Below, in pieces: positions 25,647-37,305 of a DNA stretch of 64,000 nucleotides (positions are counted from its first letter, which is position 1; each line of letters starts with the position of its first letter). The position numbers and the translations under genes were made by a program. The stretch comes from Eledone cirrhosa. Its lineage: Eukaryota. The stretch is from NCBI GenBank assembly GCA_964016885.1, contig OZ024746.1:11904001-11968000 (forward strand), given 5' to 3'. The notes beneath the pieces were generated by a model. It did not search any database. It was not told where the DNA came from and worked only from the letters and a program-made list of their open reading frames with translations.

Positions 25647-28600
25647 TACATATCAAACACACAAGCACACCAAACATAGTTGACTAGATTCTCATCCTCA
25701 TTGTTGAAGGTTGAGGACCATGGATAATTACACGAATGCTCATCTATATCTTGCTGTATGTCTGTATGTCCAAGATTCTCACCAGGAAAAAAAATGATGT
25801 TGGTGGTCTTCATCTGACTAAACATACACACAATAAACATTTACACAGATTACCATAGACTTAATTTCCAACCTCAAATTCACTAATCCTTCCCTAGTAC
25901 ACACCATAGTCTGCCACTAAATACTCTACAATCAAACATACAGATATCCACACAAGAAACTATAACCCACACTATGGTAAGAGACATAAAACACAAACCA
26001 TGTCCTTAGCATGTCCAGGTAATTTTTAATTTTCAGTATTTTGTTTCCTAGTGTAGGGTGTTTATGTATAACTTGTGACAATGTGAAGTATGCTGTTTGT
26101 ATTTTTTTGCAGTTTACCAATTAGAAATAGGATACCCAGACAGGTGGCAAGTATGTAGGTGGCCATGTGGTTAAGAAATTTGTTTTTCAAATATAAGTTT
26201 GCAGTTCAATCCCACTGTATGGCACTTTAGCAAGTGTCTTTAGATATAGCTTTGGGGGTACATAAGACTTGTGGTTAATGAAATTGGGTAGATGATAACT
26301 ATGTAGAAGCCCATCAGATGGACTGTACCTGTAATTGAGACACCCAACCCTGTCCTACACAGCGATAGAGTGTTTTTTGACAGAGGTGAGTTAGATGAAT
26401 TTCTATACAACTTCATAGTCACTGACCCTGATCAAGACATTGTGCAAATTAGAATATAAAAGAAGGGTCAATAATTTGTTCAATATATGCTGCTGCCTCA
26501 TTACTAATTTATTCGAGAAATAACAGCAGCCTGAATAGCAAGCTAGGTAGAATAAAAAACTGTCAAGAGAATAATTTATAGATAATTAATATAGTATTCT
26601 ATTTTCCTAGTTTGGCAACTACATTAGATATATTATTACTATTGTTGAAACATTATAAGTTTATCAATGATTCTAAAGGAAAAATAATGTGTTTCTCTTT
26701 GTTGAATATAAGTCACCAATTTGGTTGAGGTATATTGTCACCAATTTGGTGAAAGATGTGTTGTCATCAGATTTAGTGGAAGATGTAAATTCCAATTTAG
26801 CGGAGAAGTATTTAGAAGTTGGTAAGGTTGCCACGAGTAACCAGGTTTGGTAGAAAGATATAATAGGAATATCGACGACTTTTAGCTTGGTTTTACATTA
26901 TTTATTAACAGAGGTTGAGCTGACATACCAAGAGAAATGAAATAATTCAATTAAGATTACAAGAGAAAAGACGGTCGACTGGCTGAAGGCGTTTAGCCAG
27001 CTCCGTAGGAATGTTTTGTCGTTACATATTGTTTGCGCTGGCGGAGCAAAAGAACAAGCAGTGTTTACTTAGCATAGTCAAGCCTGGAAGTGGTGGCGTC
27101 CTCAAATCTTTGCGGGCTATTTCTCCCTCAGAATGCGTAGGGATACATCCTCTTCTACTGGCGCTGATTGGCTGAGCTGAGCCAAATCACGCACAGAGAA
27201 TGTATGTGAGCCCGCGGAATGTAGGTCACTACGTCACTACAATTCAAATACATCATAACAATTGCTAGTAACTGCTGATGTGTGCATATTATTACAAGAT
27301 TCTGTAAGGGCGGCTGATTGGCAGTATTGGTAGAGCATCCGACAACATGCTTTGCAGCATAGAGTTACATTCCTTTACAGTCTGAGTTCAAATCCTGCCA
27401 TGGGTAACTTCGCCTTTCATCCTTGCGGGGTTGATAAAATAAAGCACCAGTAATGCACTGAGGTTGATAAAATAAAGTACCAGTAATACACTGGGGTCGA
27501 TTTAATCAACTTTTCCTCTCCCCCAAAATTGTTGGCCTTATGCCTAAATCAGAAACCATTATTACAAGGTTCTATGTTTGATCCAACTATACAGAACCAT
27601 GGGCATGTGTGTTTTACCAAAGTAACTGTGTGGAAGAGTGTTGGATGAACATTCACTTGCAATCCCTGCCACACACTGTTACACTACATCATACTGAGCC
27701 TGCCTAAAGATTACAAGAAGGGTTCAAGTGTTTGTGGAATACTCAGCCATTTGCACTGTAGATTTGTTGATTGAATAATTGGAACTTTAATTCATGGGAG
27801 AAGTACTTCTTATGGTGTGGCAGTTCCATGAAAGAGAGTCTATTATGTAAACATTCAACCAGGAGTTTAATGAGAGATAATTTGATAATTTCGCCGCTAC
27901 ATGCCTTTGAAAAATTGCTGTAATTCTGTCAATCCCCATTGCTCTTATTCTACCAATCCATCATTCTTCCTCAATTCCCTACCTGTAGTGATAATTTTGA
28001 TAATGAAATGACTAGAATAAGAAACTTACTTTTTTAAGTTGGCAATTAATTTAACATCGGCAATGACGAGTTTGTGAGAGATGATCATGTGACGAAGTAA
28101 TGAGTCCTTATCTTGTGCAATGTCAACAGTGTAATCACAGAAGATACAGGAACAATGCTCATCTGATGTCTGTGTTTGGTTTGTTTCATCATCCACTGAC
28201 AATGTTGTATTCTTGCTATCTGTTTCATCAACAGCATTGCTGTCAGGTAGGGCTAAAGACAATGTTTCAAGAACTGGTAGCTCACTGGTGTCTATTGAAA
28301 ACAAAGAAACATTACTGTTTGTATAGGTTATATCAATGACTACCAGAACTAACAGAATAGAGGACAGTATTATTAAAGAAAAAGAAAATGAGAATCAAAT
28401 AAGTATCTGAGGAAACTAGTAATATTTTGTATTGGCAAAAAAAGAGCTAAAATAATTTTGTGTTCCACGTGGAGAGGTGAGTTTTGAGATTGGGTGTTAC
28501 ATATATATTGCTATGTGTGGTGTATTTAATAAGCCAAGAGAAGATAACTTTAACCCCCCCCCGTCTCCTTAGACACGGGGTCCAATTTGAAGCAATTGGC

Positions 28601-31600
28601 TTAAGCCTGGCTCTGATTATGGACAAGGTATTTCTAATATTAATATCATTGCATAGATCAGAGATGATCTGGGACAAAGAACTAAATTGATATATATGGT
28701 GTATGTATAATCATCATAAAATGGATGCTAAATGATGATAATCTATATTCATTGATATTTGTATAAGTATGGAAAAGCTTTTCTTCCAAACATGTTATGG
28801 TGAAAACACAACTGCTCTCTACTTTAATTATATTCATTAAGGATTGTTTGTATTTCTTTGTTAGTTCTTTATGCTTAAATAACAGATCTAAATCCATGGG
28901 TTTATTAATATTTTGAGGCCAACACAGCTTCATCTTCAGAATCAGAATGATCAAACTAGTTGTGTATTATGTGCTTAGCAGTAGTCATAAAGTAACACGA
29001 GTGTAGTGGGAAATTATGGACGTTTGAATACACACACACTTATATATGGAGAAATATATAATTCTAAAATAAACCCTGCAGTAATCAAGCAATCATCATC
29101 ATTTTACATCTGCTCCCCACACTGGCATTGGTTGGATAGGTTGTCATGATCTGAAACCAGACGGGCTGGATCAACTAATCGTGCTCATATATTTCATATT
29201 TGGCATAGTTTCTATATCTGGATGCCCTTCCTAATACCAAGCACTTCTCAAACTCTATATTATCTCCATTCAATTTCCAACACCTTAGCCTCTGGTCACT
29301 CACTACATTTACTTTTTGGCGGGCAGTGCTAGTTGGGAGGACTCGTCTTTTGTAATATGGCATATTGTAAGTCAGCTTGGTCCTATGTTATCTCCTTTAT
29401 GAGGTCCAGTTTCTTACATCTTACACATCCAGTGTAGCATGTATGCTCCATTTCTTTTTATTCAGTGCAGACCTTCTGTATTCAGGACCCACGTCTCACT
29501 GCCATGCAACATAGCAGTTCAAACACAAGCATCATATAATCTGCCTTTCACTCTTTTTGTTGCTAGTAGAGGTAACAGCTCCTTGAACTTCTTCCAATCT
29601 GTTCTCATTCTGACTATAACACTTTCAATATATCTATCACCACTTCTAATAAGGTCATCTAGATAGCAAAAGATTTCTACTACTTCTAGTGAGCCTTCTG
29701 AACATTTGAGGGTATTTATTTCATGAGTACCCTTACTGTTGAGTACTTTGTGTGTCACATATGAAATGTATCTTCTCTGACAGCCTACCTGTGATCCCAC
29801 TAAATCTCCTGTGTGTCCATTGTCGACACAAGGTACACTGTATGAAGTTTCTACTTACTTCTTTCCTACATATTGAGCACAACCAATTACCTGAGTCCTA
29901 TCTTCTTTCCTATTTACTAAAACCTTTGTTTCTCTTAGTTTACTTTAAGACCCTTTTGGTTCCAGATTTTGTTTCCATGTCTGGAACTTCTCTAATTCTT
30001 TTGTGGTTTCTGCCCTGCATATTAAATCAGCTTACCAGAGTTCTCAAAGACAGCTTGTCTTGTATTCCTGTGTTATACCCCGGAGGACTAAAATAAGCAG
30101 TAGGAGGCTGAGGACTGAGCTCTGGTGGATTTCTACTCACACTACTAAATTCATTTCTTTACTCCTTGTTAACTCTTACCCTGCTGACTGCACTCCTGTA
30201 CATGGCTTGTACAACCCTTACAAGTGCTTACGGTTTGACAGCTTAGAGAGAAAGGTGGGATTGAAAGCAAGATCAGAAATTGGGGCTATAAGGTAAATTA
30301 TGATTTAAAGATAGGTAAATCATATTTATTATATAGTGCCCAGTACACACTGTAAAGTGGTCGTGTAGGGGTCACAACAAAAAGCACCCAGTCAACACTG
30401 TAAAGCAGTTGTGTCGGAATCCCGATAACAGGCGCCCAGCCCACACTCTAAAGTGGTCGTGTAGGTGTCACAACAAAAAGCACCCAGTACACACTGTAAA
30501 TATGGTTGGCATTAGGAAGGTCATCCAGCTGTAGAAACCAGTTCTGTGTGAGCAAAACACTGTTCTCCGACCTGTATCTCTCACCACGGGACAGCCCGTC
30601 CAACCCATGCTAGCGTGGAAAATGGACGTTAAACGATGATGATGAGTACTCTGTAAAGTGATAGTGACGGTGCAATGATAAAAAGCACTCAGCTCAGTGC
30701 TGGTGTCACAGCAAAAGTACCCAGTCCACACTATAAGGTGGCAGTGCTGGAGTCATGATAAAATGCCCGTCTAACCCATGCAAACAGGGAAAATAATTGT
30801 TAAACGGTGATGATGGAATTGTAGAATTCTTATAAACCGAATCTCTAACTGTTAAAAAAAATATTGTAGCGTTGCGTACGTTTCTCATGCTTAGGAGTGA
30901 TTAAAAAACTATATAAGGAAATTATATCTCTGGGCGTAAAGGTTCGTATGATTTCTTCGGGTTGAGGAAGAGAAATGGAAATTGTTTGGCTCTATTACAA
31001 AGCTATTGCCGAAGTGAAATTAAATAAGTATAAACAAGAACTAAAATCGTCTCGCCACTAGCTTAACTTTAACTTTACAAAGCACACATTGATTACAAAC
31101 GAGCTTAATAAGTAGCAAAACATTTGAAATCTTTATTGTTTGACAAAATGTCTATATAAACAGCGCCAGATTTAAGCATAAGCTAAACAAACTACGTATT
31201 AAGATCTCACAATTTGAAAGGGCTTCAAATTAATAAAATTTAAAACTTTTGTGAGACCCACCGGTGTAATTTTTTAACAAGCCTTCCAGCTTTACATAGC
31301 TCAGGGCCTCAAATTTAAATCTGACACTGCTTATCGAGATAAAATGTAAAGCTAATTTTGAGTGAGAGGTAAGTTCCTCGCAAGTGGTGGTGTCTGTGCA
31401 GTGATTTACTTTCCCGGTTGAAGCAATTTACACCTCGTTATGCGACTTATGCTCAAGGAAAAGGCAATGGGTGTCATTCATTTAGTATCCCCTTCTCATG
31501 TTTTAGTTATATCAAAATATACGTTGATCACTATGTACAATTAGTTTGATGTGAGGAAGAGGAGAGGTTTCATGTTTTGAGCAGGACACTTCACAATTTA

Positions 31601-31854
31601 TTCAACACAGAGCTGTTTGTAACCACTGTTTGTAAACGTGTAACAACTAGTTTTGATATTAAAATATACATTATACTTTAATGAACTCAATATATATATT
31701 GTTTTGGGGCAAAGAAACATGACACGTCACTTAAAGCAATATTTAAACTTAGAAAGAAGTTAAAACAATAAAAATGATTATAGGAAGTAAATCGTAAAAG
31801 AACTTTTTCATGTTGAAAACAATTCAACAACAAACCTTCGCTACAAGCAGCCAT
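11516..31854 (-). CDS. ZNF277: Zinc finger protein 277 (C2H2), complete, 13 coding exons, 444 aa
   Basis: complement join(31854..31836,28291..28030,23844..23753,22554..22472,19975..19884,18751..18687,18267..18222,17020..16888,16362..16295,15348..15249,14290..14198,12808..12684,11672..11516) = 1335 nt, open frame, all GT-AG. Diagnostic motifs: HKLVIADVKLIA, YILYWKKR, CLYCEKTFRD..HMRKKQH, FYQQVKLINYIRRQ, YYFPTYENDNLL. Confidence 0.94.
12684..12808 (-). CDS. ZNF277: ZNF277 exon 12 (CIRCDKQF..HMHSTGH..WMQP)
   Basis: tggcag| ... |gtaagt; 125 nt. Confidence 0.93.
13034..13492 (-). mobile_element. non-autonomous Helitron (459 bp)
   Basis: Minus strand begins TCTACTATATAAA and ends hairpin TACCCG..CGGGTA + CTAG; inserted between A and T with no TSD. 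Confidence 0.8.
14198..14290 (-). CDS. ZNF277: ZNF277 exon 11 (DTHGLDL..FYQQVKLINYIRRQ)
   Basis: ttatag| ... |gtaagc; 93 nt. Confidence 0.94.
14525..14900 (-). mobile_element. RTE/Expander-like RT fragment
   Basis: DFADMVLLNSLESDLRHALDRFAAKC..MKIS and EKFKYLGIVFTSD in the ORF track. Confidence 0.75.
14938..15195. repeat. ATGAC/ATAAC pentamer-derived tandem repeat
   Basis: Recurrent ATAATATGACAT(CTTAT)TGACAT units. Confidence 0.85.
15249..15348 (-). CDS. ZNF277: ZNF277 exon 10 (NWDGW..AICLFCDF..LLKHMK)
   Basis: tactag| ... |gtaaac; 100 nt. Confidence 0.92.
16295..16362 (-). CDS. ZNF277: ZNF277 exon 9 (EIGKNWENIESNEE)
   Basis: ctgtag| ... |gtaagt; 68 nt. Confidence 0.92.
16888..17020 (-). 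CDS. ZNF277: ZNF277 exon 8 (LQCLYCEKTFRDRPTLKEHMRKKQH..YIINYL)
   Basis: caatag| ... |gtaagt; 133 nt. Confidence 0.95.
18222..18267 (-). CDS. ZNF277: ZNF277 exon 7 (VFVSEFLDKLQQKLD)
   Basis: ttgcag| ... |gtaagt; 46 nt. Confidence 0.92.
18687..18751 (-). CDS. ZNF277: ZNF277 exon 6 (SELFNHMAFDHGFNVGQPDNL)
   Basis: cctcag| ... |gtgagg; 65 nt. Confidence 0.93.
19566..19757. mobile_element. Tc1/mariner-type MITE
   Basis: 28-bp imperfect TIRs GAGTAGGCTGAAAAAATCATAGCCTGGC / GTCAGCCTATGAACTTTTCAGCCCACCC, next to (TA)n. Confidence 0.7.
19884..19975 (-). CDS. ZNF277: ZNF277 exon 5 (ETALEVQQRER..CLFCKEHFLGN)
   Basis: ttttag| ... |gtaaga; 92 nt. Confidence 0.93.
20385..20560 (+). mobile_element. short RTE ORF2 C-terminal fragment
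   Basis: LERNE..ERQSMDELREKLAIRG, homologous to the 62.6-kb LINE. Confidence 0.65.
22472..22554 (-). CDS. ZNF277: ZNF277 exon 4 (DYYLLSDVFPEDKYLRHYLQKKRL)
   Basis: ttgtag| ... |gtgagt; 83 nt. Confidence 0.93.
22724..22949. mobile_element. TTAA-flanked (piggyBac-type) MITE; second copy at 41865-42128
   Basis: TTAACTCTTAACATCCTG..CAGAACATTAA.AGTTAA ends; internal sequence shared between the two copies. Confidence 0.6.
23463..23722. mobile_element. piggyBac-type MITE; related copy at 19235-19480
   Basis: TTAACCCTTTCA..CAAAAGGGTT termini. Confidence 0.55.
23753..23844 (-). CDS. ZNF277: ZNF277 exon 3 (YILYWKKRMRGHPITDFCSTI)
   Basis: ttgtag| ... |gtaagt; 92 nt. Confidence 0.93.
24690..24960 (-). 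mobile_element. CR1/L2-like LINE 3' relic
   Basis: TNHYTHSFLLR..WNSL, resembling the SFFPRT..WNSLP terminal motif. Confidence 0.45.
25401..25600. mobile_element. palindromic element in (TA)n, probable Penelope-like terminal remnant
   Basis: 61-bp arms (25401-25461 / 25463-25523, 6 transitions) plus a tail containing GTATTGAGTAC, which the 46-kb element also has. Confidence 0.45.
26700..27241 (-). mobile_element. possible solo LTR
   Basis: Minus strand starts TGTAGTGACG; CCAAT box at about 27170; AATAAA at 26906-26901; CpG-rich relative to the flanks; no TSD found. Confidence 0.4.
27308..27560 (+). mobile_element. tRNA-derived SINE (family A; Deu/Nin-like central domain) with 16-bp TSD
   Basis: A box TGGCAGTATTGG, B box GAGTTCAAATCC, core GCCTTTCATCC..GATAAAATAAAGTACCAG; TSD 27288-27303 / 27558-27573 (1 mismatch). 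About 16 copies in the window, e.g. 6667-6880(-), 18375-18570(-), 33370-33580(-), 34537-34755(+), 40871-40980(-), 42587-42720(+). Confidence 0.85.
28030..28291 (-). CDS. ZNF277: ZNF277 exon 2 (finger 1: CIFC..HMIISH)
   Basis: caatag| ... |gtaagt; 262 nt. Confidence 0.92.
29093..30215 (-). mobile_element. degenerate RTE LINE fragment in ZNF277 intron 1
   Basis: ORF 29519..29800 (WKKFKELLPLLATK..KGRLYDACV) is homologous to 62296..62874; ends in the RTE tail. Confidence 0.85.
30337..30815 (+). mobile_element. RTE-3'UTR-derived short element with internal ~48-bp tandem units
   Basis: Repeated CCCAGTACACACTGTAAAGTGG units, then GGTTGGCATTAGGAAGG.CATCCAGCTGTAGAAA..CCCATGCTAGCGTGGAAAATGGACGTTAAAC(GAT)n. 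More than 20 related copies, e.g. 1-190, 20665-21000, 25200-25385, 48597-48770, 51590-51767, 56140-56352, 60031-60220. Confidence 0.8.
31161..31329. mobile_element. hAT-type MITE
   Basis: TIRs CAGCGCCAGATTTAA / TTAAATCTGACACTG; TSD not recognisable. Confidence 0.6.
31836..31854 (-). CDS. ZNF277: ZNF277 exon 1 coding part (MAACSE)
   Basis: gtcATGGCT start context; MAA N-terminus; |gtttgt donor; phase 1 matches exon 2; lies in a relatively CpG-rich region. Confidence 0.7.
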
Positions 31855-32060
31855 GACATATAAGCATCTCCAGTAATGACATCGTAGTTATCCCCCTTAG
31901 ATAACCGACTTACTCCTAACATGGATGCAGACGACAGGAAAATGGAAGGATTTAATTGGTTAATTCACTAGAATTAAGAAGAAAAAACAACCTTTGTTTT
32001 TATCCTACACGATTTAACAGATGAACAGGAAGTAATTAGTCACTATTATTGCTAGGAATG

Positions 32061-32240
32061 TGGATTGGCAGTATTGGTAGAGGGCCGGACGCCATGCTTT
32101 CCAGCATAGTTACGTCCCTTTACGATCTGAGTTCAAATCCCACCGAGGTTGACTTTGCCTTTCATCCTTACGGGGTCGATAAAATAAAGTACGAGTAATG
32201 CACTGAGTAACTGCTGGCCTTGTGCCTAAAGTAGAAACAA
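32061..32240 (+). mobile_element. family A SINE with perfect 16-bp TSD
   Basis: TSD ATTATTGCTAGGAATG at 32045-32060 and 32240-32255. Confidence 0.88.
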
Positions 32241-33699
32241 TTATTGCTAGGAATGCGGCTCAAAAGAATCACAACGAACCAGATTTGGTGGTGAATGATT
32301 TTAAAATTAGATACACAGTATCACATTTTGAAAGAGGGAATATGTCGATTTAATCATATCTAGTAGTTAGAGTGTGTTTGTCTGCCTAAAGATATGTAAG
32401 AGGGCACCTCCCAACTCCTTGTTGTGAGGTGTGATTAAGTGAACAGGTTTTCTGTACTCTCCTTTTATTCTTCTTCCTTTTTTTTTATAAATATAATTTA
32501 CAAAAATATAAATTGTGTTTATATATGCAACAACTATTGTTGTGGATACAGTATAGTTAAAATAGAAGAAATAAATCACTGTTTTGTTTTATTCCCACCA
32601 AAGAGTTAATAAGGAGAGAGAAAATGACGATTGGCAAATGAGGAAAAAAGGGGTGAGAAGACATGCACACTCAATCACACACCACAATATGGGGCACAGG
32701 AGCCCCCTTTTAATAATTTGTGTGGCTGCATTACCAGCAGACAGAGAAAAGCTACCTAGCTTTCTGACCGAAGGAAAGTAGTAGGATAGTTTCCTTTTCC
32801 TGCACACATCTCAAACAAGCCCCACTGATAATGTTTTCATGCTTATGGAGTTTATTCTGAACCAGTTATGCCCCTCTGTCTCTTTGCTAGACCAGGGATT
32901 TCTAGAAGGTGTCTATGGTCCTTGGGTTGAAAATCCTCTGGAAAAGGCCATTCAGTTGATGTTTGTCAGTGCCTAGTGTTTTCCCCGATAACATGGTCAC
33001 TCTCACACACAACTAGTCCTCTATAGCTTGCAACAGTTAATGTCCCACTAGCTGATAGATAACTATAAGTATCTAACAACATTCCTGATGTAAAGCACTC
33101 AATCTTGGACTTCACTTAGTCCAAGACTACACCATTGGAAAAACAAGCCTCACAAATTACCACACTTCTCATTACCAAGGAACTTTTACAGAAGTTGCCC
33201 ATCATCAGCCACACCATATTGAATCCTCCACACAGGTGTTGGCAGTAGATGGGTCTTCTGTCCAGTGGAATCTGATCCTTAACAAAAGAAGTGTAAAAAT
33301 TATATGCTTCATCTGGTTCCGATGAAAACTGGGGTAAGGCATGACAGTCTTGCAGTGATAAACACGTTTTTAATTTAGACACAAGGCCAGGAAATTTAAA
33401 GGAAAGGAAAACATTAGTGAAATTAACCCCAGTACTTGATCGGTACTCTATTTTATCAACCTTGAAAGGATGAAAGGCAAAGTTGATCTTGGCAGTATTT
33501 GAACTCAGAACATAAAGATCCAGAACAAATAGAGTGAAGTATTTGTCTGACGCTCCTAACAATTCTGCCAATCCATCATGCAGTGATAAATAGTAATAAT
33601 TGTTTCTACATTTAGCTCAAGGCCTGCAATTTGAAGACGGAATCCAAGATATGTAAAGTTCAATTCCACGTAGATGCTTCAGTCAAGTTTTTTCCCTCT

Positions 33700-34120
33700 T
33701 GAGGTACTTTAACTGATTTTGATTTTCTCAGCCATTGTTATGGTCATTTCTGTTGAAACACACACATCATATTTCAAATTTTCATAATGCTTCTTAGCTC
33801 AACCAGTTGTTTACAAATATGTTTTTGAAATATTCCCTCCACCACACTAATATCAAGAAGTCTTCTTGCGAATGTGACCTGGGCATTATTGTCAGCAGCA
33901 ATTTGTGTTGGACAAAGCACATCTCTAAAATCAGAACAAACTACCTGCATCAGTTGTTAGCTGCTGAGACACTGCATCCTTTAAAACCTCCATGCTTTTT
34001 GACTCATACACTGTTCACTTTTCTGACATTTGTACATTATTCTATGTACTATACATGCACCTTTGATGAGTTGTAGTGCACCTGAGCACTGTACACAATA
34101 ATTTTATTATAATTATATAT
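33700..34120 (+). mobile_element. CR1/L2-like LINE 3' fragment
   Basis: ECDLGIIVSSNLCWTKHISKI motif; ATT-rich tail. Confidence 0.6.
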
Positions 34121-35855
34121 CTTATGAATTATTGAACTGCTGGGTGATTTGATATTTCAACATGTGGATATCCCAAATGTAAGAAGTAACTGTAACAACA
34201 CTCAATTGCAATAAATGATAGCTTAGAAATTCAAGTAAAATATCCTTGAAGCTAGAAACTAGTTTTCTAAAGTATTTAGAGTGATTGACTGTTTGTTGTT
34301 ACAGTTATTTTCTGTGTTTGGGATTCCTACATTTTAAAATTATAAATAAATATATTTTAAGAATTTTTTTGTATTATTTTTTCTTTAAAAATATAAATAA
34401 ACATCTTTAAGAATATATTTTTTAACCTGTTAGAATAAAATAGCCAAACAAGTTGAGCAACTCGTTTCATAATTTTTAGCAGTTTACTTTCAAAATTTGA
34501 AATTTCTCAACTCATTGTAAATATGATTGGTTTTAGGCAGTGGATTGGCAGTATTGTTAGAGCGTCACACATTATGTTTTGCAGCATATAGTTATGACGC
34601 TTTACATTCTGAGTTTACATCCCACCGAGGTTAACTTTGCTTCTCATCCTTATGAAGTCGATTAAATAAAGCACCAGTAACGGCCTGGGGTTGATTTAAT
34701 TGACTTTCCCCTCCCCTCAAAAATTGTTGGCCTTGTGCTTGAATTAGAAATCATTATTTTATTATTTTCCTGAAGTATATATTCAATCCCCTGAATTTTT
34801 GTTTTCACAAGCTGACAGTGTTTTTTTATTTAATAATCATGATTTTCATGTTCAGTTTTATGAACATTTGGGATTCCCATTTTGTCTTATGACTCAAACA
34901 CATGTACAACATGTTTTCCCAACTTTTGCTTGTCTATTTTTGTGTCAATCACACTTGTGTGGAAAATAAATTTGTGAAATAAGATAAGTTTGTGTGCTGT
35001 GAAGAGAAGGGAGTGTTGATGTGGGTGTAATGGGTGCTTGGGTTACAGAACCAAACAACATGGGAAATATTTTCTCTACATAATTTGGTGTTTTATTATT
35101 CTGAGTAAGTCACACTGTGGTTAAATATGGCTTTTATCCTCTCCAGGATAATAAAATCATCAACACACATACTCTCATAGCATACATATATTTTTTTAAT
35201 TTTATTCATGCACTAGTTAATAGTTGTGTCATTGGTTATAGAGGTTTCCAATGGACCAATCATTGCATTTTCAAGGAGGATAAATGACAAGCAAGTATCT
35301 GTGCATTTTGTGTGGAATAAATAGCACAATTCATTTTTTGTTTGTTAAATTTATCAGAAATTTATCACTGCTATTTATATCATTCACTCCTCACCACACA
35401 ACGATTGTACAATACCCTTCACATTCAGTAATACATTGTATACCTAATTGTAAATAATTTCATATTGTAAACTAATTATAAATTATTATTTAATAGTATA
35501 AATATAATATTTTGAATCAAATGTAATATCTACATGTTACATATTTGCCTGCTTGTCTGTCTATCTGTCTAATATACAAGATTCTTTACTTGGACCCTTA
35601 ACAATTGAAAGAGAGGGGCACAGTTGTCATATAACATTAGGGGCATTGTCATTTTAAAACTGGCAGATATCATCTATCTCCACAGCAGTTTGTGCGTGTG
35701 TGTGAGAGAGAGAGAGAGAGGGGTGGGGGGGAATTAACACAAGACTAATATTTCATTGACTCCAAAAAGACAAAAGTTGACCTATGTGAGATTTGATTTC
35801 AGAGCAGAAAGAACTGGAATGGATACCATGAGGCATTCTATCCAACACTGTAAAC

Positions 35856-35997
35856 CAGTCATGGGCAAACTGTGACCCTCAGGCTGCATGCGGCCTGTTT
35901 GGTTTTCTGAATGGCACACTTAATTTCAAAACTGCCTTGAATATTTTAGAGAGATATGGTATGCGGTCCACTGCTTGAAAATGGCTGCCCATGCCTG
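35856..35997. mobile_element. hAT/Charlie-type MITE nested in a family A SINE
   Basis: TIRs CAGTCATGGGCA / TGCCCATGCCTG. Confidence 0.6.
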
Positions 35998-36471
35998 TTC
36001 TAATGAATCTGCCAACTTTTTACCTTATCTGTCTGTCTGTTTGTCCGTCCGCCTGTCCATTTGTCTATCTCAATATGTTTGTTTTTGTGTTATTTTGAAA
36101 TACATATTTGACATTAATAATGCAGTTAATATAATCAGCATATCCTCCTTTTCTCTCAGAGAATCACGCACCCAAATATATATATATATATATATATATA
36201 CATACATACACACACAAACATATTCAAGCAAACACACACAGACACATACACTCATATTTAAACACATTGCTCAGTTACAATTTCCATTGTTATTACCAAA
36301 AATGACTTCTTTGGTGCCGCTGAGGTTAAGATAACTGATTTACAGAGTCATGTGACAAGTTCCTGCCCAAAGTAGATTCAGAACTTCCTGTTATAGTTAT
36401 GTTTTTGTTTGTGACTTCTCACATCTCACATCAATTATTTCAGGTCACTTAAATATACTCCCAGTGTGTTC

Positions 36472-36532
<61 letters not shown>

Positions 36533-37305
36533 ATATGTAAACGTGGGCATATATGAAGATATATTTCAGTATTTCTGTATGTGTTTGTCTCCTTACAAAT
36601 TTTCACTTAACTTTTTGTCTGTCATCATCATCATCATCATCATCATTTAACAGCCATTTTTCCAGATATCAAGGGTTGGACAGGTTGTCACAGACAAAGT
36701 CAGTACTTAATCAGAGCTACAGGTATCTCAGACAGGGTGGGCCCCCATCTCACTTAAATATATTCCTACACTCTACAGAATGCAGCATGTAATCATGGCA
36801 CCAGCATTAGGGAAGTTGTCATGTCTTTGACATAACTAAAGAGTCCTTTCTACACCAACCATTTTACAGAGTGTAGTGGGTGAGTTGTATGTCACCAACA
36901 CAAGAGAGGTTGTGGTGTCCTTGAAATACTGAAAAGTCTTCTCAATCATTTTTGGCATGGTTTCTACAGCTAATGCTCTTCCTAACACCAACCACCTTAC
37001 AGGGTGTACTGGGTACATTTTATCATAACACCAGCACAAGGGAGATTGTTGGACATTGACTAAACTGAAGTATAGGACAGCAGAGGTGGGGGTTGGTTAG
37101 GGATGATGAGAATACATCTCCCTCCACTTATCAATCCACTGCCTTCATTTTTCCTGGGTAGATAAACCCTATGGATATCACATTTGGTGTGGAATCCCCC
37201 ATGCATTATCATCACTTTTCATGTCTTTCTGTCTTTCACCTGGAGTTCTTCTTAATTTCATTTGTGTATCCATGTTCCATACCTCATTATTGATACTATT
37301 CTATT

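Larger units (their letters stand above)
30860..32040 (-). promoter_or_regulatory. ZNF277 promoter / 5' region
   Basis: Surrounds the start codon; CpGs are visibly more frequent than in flanking introns; ETS-like CAGGAAGT at about 32027 and AGGAAGT at about 31782. Confidence 0.45.

Noticed and set aside
27308-27400. tRNA-like A/B boxes
   Set aside because: SINE heads without an intact cloverleaf; not tRNA genes.
31921-31971. Short divergent ORF (MDADDRKMEGFNWLIH) upstream of ZNF277
   Set aside because: 16 codons, no convincing donor or homology.
36345-36392. GTCATGTGAC E-box plus ACTTCCTG ETS-like cluster
   Set aside because: Short motifs are insufficient to call an enhancer without chromatin or conservation data.
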